Both the position numbers and the translations under genes were made by a program. This document shows positions 19,301 to 28,300 of a stretch of 64,000 bases of DNA, one piece after another (position 1 is the first letter of the stretch; each line of letters starts with the position of its first letter). The notes under the pieces were generated by a model. That model made no database searches, was not told the DNA's origin, and saw nothing but the letters and a program-made list of their open reading frames with translations. Location: positions 16,700-80,699 of the forward strand of contig PNJY01000001.1 in NCBI GenBank assembly GCA_013822125.1, read 5' to 3'. This DNA comes from Erythrobacter sp. (GTDB lineage Bacteria > Pseudomonadota > Alphaproteobacteria > Sphingomonadales > Sphingomonadaceae).

Positions 19301-22300
19301 AGTTTTCCGAACTCACGATCGAGAACGCGCACGAGATTCTGGAGCGCGCACAGCAAATCCTGTTGCGCTGGACGGGCGCGGACCAGGTCGCGCCGGATTC
19401 CCGTGGGCCAAATATCAACGCCCAATGGCTTCATGCGTTGGAGGCGATCACTGGCGAGGAGTTTGTCCAGAGCGGCAGTATTGGAAGCGATCCCAGAGGC
19501 GATGCCGCCGGAGTTCTCATTGGAGAATGGCAGTCGCTGGTAACGAGGACGGCCGCAAGGCTTGTCGGGCAGATCCCGCTCGGCGACGCGCTTACCCCAG
19601 GCCTTTCCTTTGAAGGCGCCGCTTTCTTTACGGTTGCCGACGGAACCACGCTCCACAGCATCTTGACAAGCGCGGCTGCAAATCAGCCGACGAGTAAAAG
19701 CGAAGCCATTGGCTACTGGGCGGCACTCGTTGAGATTCTCGGGATGTATCGCGAGTTCCTGCCGATTGAGGCGGGTGTCACAGGGCCCCCCCTTGTCGAG
19801 GAATTTGACGCAAGACTGGGCGCCGCGCTCACCGAGGCTGGCATACCATTCTCCTTGGAAGATTTGCGGCGGATTCTGACCGTTTCATCTGGGGAAGACA
19901 AGGTCATCGGGCGAACCCGCGGTGCTCCGACGTCGCTAAATGATCTGATTATCATTCAGGGCGATGCTGGTCGTGTCGACGGGGCATCGGGTGACGACAT
20001 TTATGTCGTCGGCAAGAATGTCGGAGCACTCGACATCGTTGACGCGAGTGGAAACAACGAGTTGTTCCTTTCCGATTTTCTCGCGTCCGACATCACGGTC
20101 GTGGCGGTTGTTGAGGACGGACGTTCGTGGCTGCGCTTCTCCGATGCGTCGGGCGCTTTGAATATGCGTGTTCGCGTGGACGTGGATGTCGATAGTATTG
20201 AAACAGCGGTTCAAAACGTCCGCTTCGGTGACGGTACGACCTCAAACATTTTTGAACTTATCGAAGGCGGCGGCGCTGCCTTGGGGGTCATCTTCGCAGG
20301 TGATGGCTCCGACCCTGTAGCAGGAACAGCTGCGGATGACTTGATCGTCGGGGTCGGTGCAAACAATTCGTACCTCTTTGCGCGGGGGGCGGGAAGCGAC
20401 ACAATCTTTGATCTTTCGGGTGAAGGTGATCGCATCATCGTCGCTGGGAGCGTATCCGACGTTGAATTCACAGTCGGTCGTACGGATGACGGCGACGACC
20501 TCATCCTCCGCTTCCGCGACACGGGTGAAAGCCTGCGCGTTGTCGGCCACCGCTCTGATCGTGGCCGCGAGATTGAGCTCTTCGAGTTTGCAGACGCTAC
20601 TCTCACTTTGGCGCAGGTCGACAGCATTCTGAATTCCGGGAGCCCGTCGGAAGATACCATCGTCGGGTCGAGGCGGGATGATCTGATCAGCGGATTTGCC
20701 GGGGATGATATCCTTCAGGGGATGGGCGGCCGCGACACCTACTTTTTCGACCTGGGGTGGGGACAGGATCGTATCGTCGAGGCCGACAGCGCGAATGCGA
20801 TTGTCTTTGGAGCATCGGTTCGCGTCAGCGATATCACGGCGGAACGTGGCAACAATGGTGACCTCGTCCTGCGCTCGTCCGCAGGAGACAAGATTACCAT
20901 TGTCGGCGGCTTGCGTAGTCCGATCGTCACGTCGTTTGCATTCGCGGATGGCACGACCAAGACCCTGACCGATATCGTCGATCAACTTCTGGCTGGCGGA
21001 ACCAACACCATTTCGGGAACGGCGGCCGATGAGGAACTGATCGGCACGGCAGAATCCGAGACATTCGTTGGCAATGGCGGCAATGACACGTTCCGCGGCT
21101 TTGGCGGCGTCGATTTTTACAGGATCGATGCCCCGTTCACCCGCGTCTTCGGCAGTGCCGCGGGCATCGACACTCTGATCGCACCGACAGGTGCAGTTCT
21201 TGCCGATCTTCGTTTCGACGATGATCGTCATGTGTTCGTGTTCGGACGGAACGGTCCTGTAGCTTATGCCGACTCCGAACTCGATTACGTTCGGTTTAGC
21301 GATGGGGCGCTGGTGGATCTCACCGGCCCAGGAATATCGCTGGGCACTGCAGGCAATGACTTTCTGTACAGCACAGGGCGTGCTCCAACCACGTTCCGCT
21401 CCGGTGCTGGCAATGATGTGATTATCGGCAGCGCGAAGGAAAGCGCGCTCGATACCTACGAGTTCGAAGTCGGGTTCGGCAATGACACGATCTACGACCT
21501 TGGGGGGCAAGCGGACCGGATTACCTTCCTCAGCCCCGAGCTTTCGGTCGCCAATGCCACCTTCCAGAAGATCGGAAGCAACCTCGTTATCGCTTTCAAC
21601 TCGGGCGATCGACTGACGATCGAGGGTCATTTTTGGAACTACTCATACGATAACGGCATCCCTGATCTCTTGGGTCAGGACAGTGGCGGTATCGAGTTCT
21701 TCACGTTCGGCGACGGACAGTCTTTCGCCGGTGTAAGCAGTTTCCTGTCCTCTGTGACCGCAGGTGACGACCTCGTCATGAGCGGCAGCTTTGCGGGCCT
21801 GCGCGATGGAGGCGCGGGGAACGACATCCTCTTCGGTGGTCGAGAAGCCAACACTTACATTTTCCGCGCAGGCTATGGGCACGACATCATCAAGGATGAT
21901 GGCGGCAACAATCAGTCTGTGCGTTTCTTCGGCCTCGAGCCCGACGACGTAGTGATCACCCGTGATCCGTCCGATCCGTTTTCAATCGTGTTCACGATCG
22001 CAGCGACGGGGGAGACGCTTACCATCGACGGATCACCCGATGACGGGTTCCTGCCTGACCGTGATCCGCGCGCCGCGCTTAATGAGCGGGGGCTCAATAT
22101 CCAGCAGTTTGTCTTCAGTTCGGTGACCCTTACTGCTGGCGACATCCTCGATCGCGTTTTCGCTGCCGAGGGGACTGATGGCGATAACGTCATTTGGGGC
22201 ATCAACTCCGATCGGGACATCAGGCCCGGGCTGGGCAACGATATCATCAACATCGGAAACGGTCAGGAGCGGGTGGTCATCGGCCCCAATAGCGGATCGA

Positions 22301-25300
22301 AGATCATCACCTTCGATCCTGACGGATCCCGCCCGGAGTCAGGCCCCGGGTCTTTCTCCGTTTTCTTCGAAGGCATATCGCTCACGGACCTCATCCTCGT
22401 AGAGGTTAACGAGGCGAATGGACAGACAGGCAGGCACCTCCAACTCATCGCTGGGGAGACAGTGGTCACCATTCTGAACGGGCTTGATCCGCGGTTCAAT
22501 CAGGTAAGCCGGACTGAGGAAGGAGTTGTGCCGCGGTTCTCGATCCAAAGCGATGATGCAGAGCTGGATTTCGGGCAAGGAGACACCGGGGCGCCTATTT
22601 TCATTCCGCTGGGGCCAGTGAGCGCACTGGTCCAGGGAACGGATGGTGCTGATTTTCTCCGTGCACCGCGCAGTTTCGATGGAACACCTCTGCCGTCGCA
22701 AGTTATTGATCCCCTTGCCGACGATGACACGATCTTCGGCTCATCGGAAGGGGAGACCGTGCGCTTCGATGTCGGCTATGGCGTCGATCGTTACGAATGG
22801 GCTGGTGGGCCGCTTACCGTAGAGGTGGGCGAAGGACTCTCACGAGACGATATCAACATCAGCTGGTCGAAGACCGAGCCCGGGCTCGTCGAAATCGGGA
22901 TAAATGGCACGAGCGATAAGCTCATTTTTGACGCTCGCGCTCTGGCCAAAATCCGCGTGGGCGGCGAGACCCTGACGACCGGTGCATATCCAGATTCGGA
23001 TATCTCGTCCTTGCCGGCTTCCAGTGTGGAGCCGGACCAGCAGTTAAGGTCCGGTTCGGGAGACGAGCGCATCATCGCGACCGGGGGATCGGCTACAATC
23101 GTCATCGCGCCGACCTCTGGCTCGGACTATCTTGAGGATGCCCGTCTCGACGCAGCGGCCGGCGGTATCGACGGGCTTGATGGTTGGTCGCCCAATACGC
23201 TCGTCATTGATGAAATCGGATCCGTCGACCAGCTTCGCTTCATTGTGGAGAGCGGTCGGCCCAATGACCTCATCATCGAGAAGCCCAATGGTGAGCGGAT
23301 CACAATCCTCAATCAGTTCGCGTTCGGCATCCCGGACGTGGCGCCACCCTTGCGTTCCCCCGATATTGATGGGGATGGGTCAGCGGATTGGGCGAACTTC
23401 GATCTCAACGGGGATGGCGCTCCCGATTTTGCTGCGCTCGATCCCGATGGGGACGGTACGCCGGGTTGGCTCAGCGTCGACCTGAACGGCGACGGAGCCA
23501 ACGATTGGACCACTTTTGCCACTGCAAGCGCAAGCTTTGATGGCGGCGAAGTGTACGCTGAAGATTATGACCTCGACGGCAATTTCGAATATTACTCCTT
23601 CTATGCAGACGATCTGTTCTTTGCCGCACGTGACGTGGATTTTGATGGCGTCGCAGATGAATATTCCGAGGATGGTCTTGTCTGGACGCCTGCCCCGCAA
23701 GATCCTGCGGGCAATGTCGAATGGTCGCTGCTCGACATAAACGGCAATGGGGTATCGGATCTCGACGGATTTGCCACACTTGGCGGCCCATCTTGGTTGA
23801 GCGCGTTCAACCCGCAAACGGGAGCCACCGGTTGGTCGGTCCGCGGTTTCGGAGAATTGTATGACGCCGACGGAGCGTTCGTGGCTGAGCGTCAGTTCGA
23901 CCTCGCTACCGGCGCATCAACCTACTTCGTCTACGGAGATGGCGCCTCGGATGACAACACGACCTTCATCGCGCAGGACATCGATGGTGATGGCCAACCT
24001 GATCTCGTAGGGGCCGATTTCACGGGGGATCTTGTTGCTGATCCGATAGCCGACACCAATGTGCCTGTCGTCGTCAGCCGGATCGTCCTGCGTCAGAGCA
24101 CGCCGCCGTTCTTTACCGAAAGGCAGGTGCCGCTGGGCAGCGTGATTTCGCGGATCGAGTTCGTTGCTTCTCCGCCCGTCACCGTTCTGAACCTTGCAGA
24201 TTTCAGGGATCCTGCGACGGACGGGGCGGATCACCTTTTGCTCGGTACCGGGGAAGAGCTCGACAGCCTCGCCGGCGATGATGTCGTGACCAGTTTCGGC
24301 GAAGGCGGCGTATTCCGCTGGTCCGCAGGGGACGGCAACGATCTTTTCAAGAGCACCCTGCGCATTCCCGGCGGTGACAATTTTGCTGGCCCTGCCACAA
24401 CTGCCCTCGATACCATCCGTTTCGACGGCATTCTTGATCCCGCACAACTGCGATTCCTTGTTTCGGCTACCAACCCCGCCAACCTCGTTGTCGAGATCAT
24501 TGCAACCGGCGAGCGGTTGACGATTGAAGGCCAGCTTGGCGCACTGGATGGTGGCCAACGGGCAGCTCCCCCGGTGGCGCGCTTCGTGTTCGGCAGCGGT
24601 GTGGTCCTGACTGCCGGCGAAGTCGCGACGCTGCTGCGCGACCCAGTGGACGTCGACGGATCCGATACGCAAACGACGAATAATGAGGGCGGACTGCTCG
24701 ATGCAGGTGCGAACGCTGACGGGGAAGCCATTGACCAACTGCGTGGCGGGACCGGCAACGACATCTACCGGTTTGGCCGTGAATATGGCGAAGACCTTGT
24801 TCTCGATGCTGGCGGCGTAGACGCTGTCCAATTTGGCAGCGAGATCACGCGCGACGAGCTGTTCTTCTCCCGGACCGGACAAGGCGGAAAGGACCTGCTG
24901 ATCGAGGTGCTCGGTGCGGACCGTCTGGCGCTGACAATCGTAAACCAGTTTGCAGGCGAGGCGAACCGCATAGAGAGTTTCGTGTTCGACGATGGCAGCC
25001 GCCTGTCCTGGCAAGCGGTACAGGAGATCATTCTCGACATCGCCGAAACCAACTCTGACGACGAAATTCGAGGTTTCCTCACCGACGACATCATCCGAGG
25101 TGGGCGCGGGAACGATGTGCTCACCGGTGGGGGAGGAAACGATCAGATATTTGGCGGGGAGGGTCGCGACCGGGCGATTTTCACCGGAAGGCAGGACGAA
25201 TACGACATTTCGACGAATGGCGAGATCACGATCGTCACAGATAGTGTCGCCAACCGCGACGGCGTCACGCGCCTGATCTCGGTCGAGGATCTGCAGTTCC

Positions 25301-28300
25301 GTGCTGACGATGCAGTTACGCCGATTGCCCCCGTCAACATCGCTCCTGTGGTCAATAATGTCACTCTGGAGGGTAACGAGGACGCTACCCTGTTGATTGA
25401 TGCCGCGACATTGCTGGCAGCAGCAACCGATCCCAACGGCGACCAATTGCGGATTGCTAACGTCGGCGCGGCATTCAAAGGCAAGGTATGGATCGGTGTC
25501 GACGGTAATGTCCGCTTCCTGCCGGATATCGACTTCGCCGGCGAGGCCGGGTTTGATTTCGTCATCAGTGACGGCAATGGCGGGCTGACTACAGCACGAG
25601 CTCTGGTTTCTGTCCGCGGATCTAACGATGCCCCTCGTATCGCGGTTGAAGGCCGCACGTTCACGACCTTTGAGGATCGCCCGATCGATTGGTTCTTGCC
25701 GACCGGGGCTATTACCGATCCGGACGGTGATCCTTTGGTCTTTGAGGCAAGGCTGTCGTCCGGCGAGCCATTGCCCGATTGGCTGACATTTGACGGCAAT
25801 CGGTTTACCGGCACACCACCTTCGGACTTCAATGGTCTTCTGGCTATCGTCCTGACGGCTTCCGATGGAAACGTTACGACGTCATCCAATCTCACGATCG
25901 AAGTCTTGCCGATCAATGACGCCCCGCGTCAAGTGAGCGCGCTGGCCGATCAGATATTCCGGCCGGGCGAGGCCTTTGCCTTTACGCTGCCGACAAACAC
26001 GTTCCTCGATGTCGAGGGAGATCCGCTCTCGTTTGACATCGTTTCAAGCGACGGCAGTCTTCTACCCGATTGGCTCACGATCGACGGGCTGACAATCTCC
26101 GGCACAATCCCTGACGGTCAGGTCGCGCCAGTCAACCTCGCGTTGCGTGCCAGCGATGGCGCGTCGACGAGCATTGCCACCTTCGCAATCAACCCGGCAC
26201 CAAATGCCGCTCCGACGGTTGGTACCCAGCTCGGGCCGGTGTCAGGAACGGAGGATCAGGCGTTCAGCTTCACCTTGCCGGACAACGTCTTCGTCGATGC
26301 GGATCAGGACAGTCTTGCGATTACAGCTGTTCTTTCTGACGGCTCCCCATTGCCATCCTGGCTCAGCTTTGAGAACGCAACATTCTCGGGCAGTCCGCCG
26401 CAAGACTTCAATGGCGTCCTCGCCATCCGCCTGTCCGCAACCGACGGGCGCGCCTCAGTGTCTCAGAACTTCGTATTGACCATCAACCCGGTCAACGATG
26501 CGCCGGTGCTCGTGGTGCCGCTCGCCGACGCGGAAAGCCCAGAAGACACGGGCTTCTCGGTCTCGATCCCCACGGAAACCTTCGGCGATGTCGATGGTGA
26601 CGCCTTGACGTTCAGCGCGACGCTTGCGGGCGGGGCACCGCTGTTCGATTGGCTGAGGCTCGAGGGAAGCACGATCGTCGGTACCCCGCCGCAGGACTTC
26701 AACGGTGACATCGACATTGTCGTTTTGGCCAGCGATGGCTTGCTGTCGGCTTCCGATACCTTCCGCCTCACTATCTCGTCAACCAACGATGCCCCGGTGG
26801 TGCTGGTGCCGCTCCCCGACTTCACCGTCGCCGAAGATCAGCCCATCATGCTTGATCGTCTCACCGCAGGCTTCGGGGATGACGACGGTGATGCGCTAAC
26901 CTTCACGCTGACAGGTGCCAATGGTGCGGCGCTGCCCACTTGGCTGAGCCTTGCAAATGGCCAGCTTGTCGGGACTCCGCCAGCAAACCTCAATGGCGTA
27001 TTCGACCTTGAATTGAGGGCGAGCGATGGCGCGCAGAGCGTCGTTGATGCTTTCCGGCTCACGTTGTCGCCCGTCAACGACGCGCCGGTACTGGCTCAGC
27101 CCCTCACTGATCAGACCGCGACCGGCATTGGCCCGGTTTCGATCACCATTCCGGCAGGTGCTTTCACCGATCCTGATGGTGACGCGCTAACTTACACCGC
27201 GCGTCTGGCCGATGGTTCAGAGCTGCCGCAATGGCTAGCGTTCAACGCAGCGAGCCGGACCTTCACCGGTACGGCGCCCAATGCCAATGCCGCGCTCAAT
27301 GTCCGTCTGACGGCGAGCGACGGTGCCTTGAGCGCATCGGACGATTTCCTGCTGACCGTGACGGCGCAGGCCGAAAACGGGGGCAGCAGCACCGGCTTCC
27401 GGCAGGTAGGCCTCAACAGCTGGTTCAACCCTTCCTGGGGCGGCGGCTACAATGTCACCTTTGAATACCAGGTGCAGCCCGACGCGATCGTCGATGGCCG
27501 CCTGAAGGCCTGGGACATTCTTGCGAGTTACACGGGTCCGGGCACCATCACCAATGGCTGGGTCAGCGGTTTTCCAGGAACGACGACCTTCCAGATTGTC
27601 CCGGGCGGAGCACGATTCACCAACACCGGCCAGAGCTATCAGCCAAGTCTCGGCGAAGGCACGCGTTTCCAGGTCTCGGTGCAGGTCGATGGTGCCGCAT
27701 ACAACCCGGCGCATTTCGGGCTGTCGATCTTCGACCGCGACCCGGCGTTCAACCTGGCGGACGATAGCGACACCCTGCTCACCGTCGCCCCGACCAGCGT
27801 ATGGGCTGGCGGGCTCAGTCAGAACCTCACGCTGCGCAACACCGGCGCGACAGCGATCGATGGCTGGCAGGTTGTGCTTGATGTGCCGACGGGCGTGACG
27901 TTGAACATTACCAGCGTCTGGGGGGCTACTGCCACCACGCTCACCAGCGGCGACATCATGTTCCGTGCTCTCTCCAGCAATGAGAGCGTAGCGACAGGTG
28001 CGGAAACCAGCTTCGGCTTCAACGCGAGCTACTCCGGCGTCAGCACCTTGCCGCTCAGCCGCGGAATGTTCAGCTTCACCGATGGCGACGCCCGCCAGTT
28101 CGATGCAGTGATCGCCTCGCTTACCGGCACGGGCCTCACCAGCAATTGGCGTTACGGCACCGCTGCGGTCGATGCGCTCACCGCGCCGACGACGGCCGAC
28201 ACCCGCCTGTTTGGCGGCGTGGGGGCGGACACGATCAATGGCAATGCCGGGGCCGACTGGATCGCGGGCGGATCGGGCGACGATGTGCTCTATGGCAATG

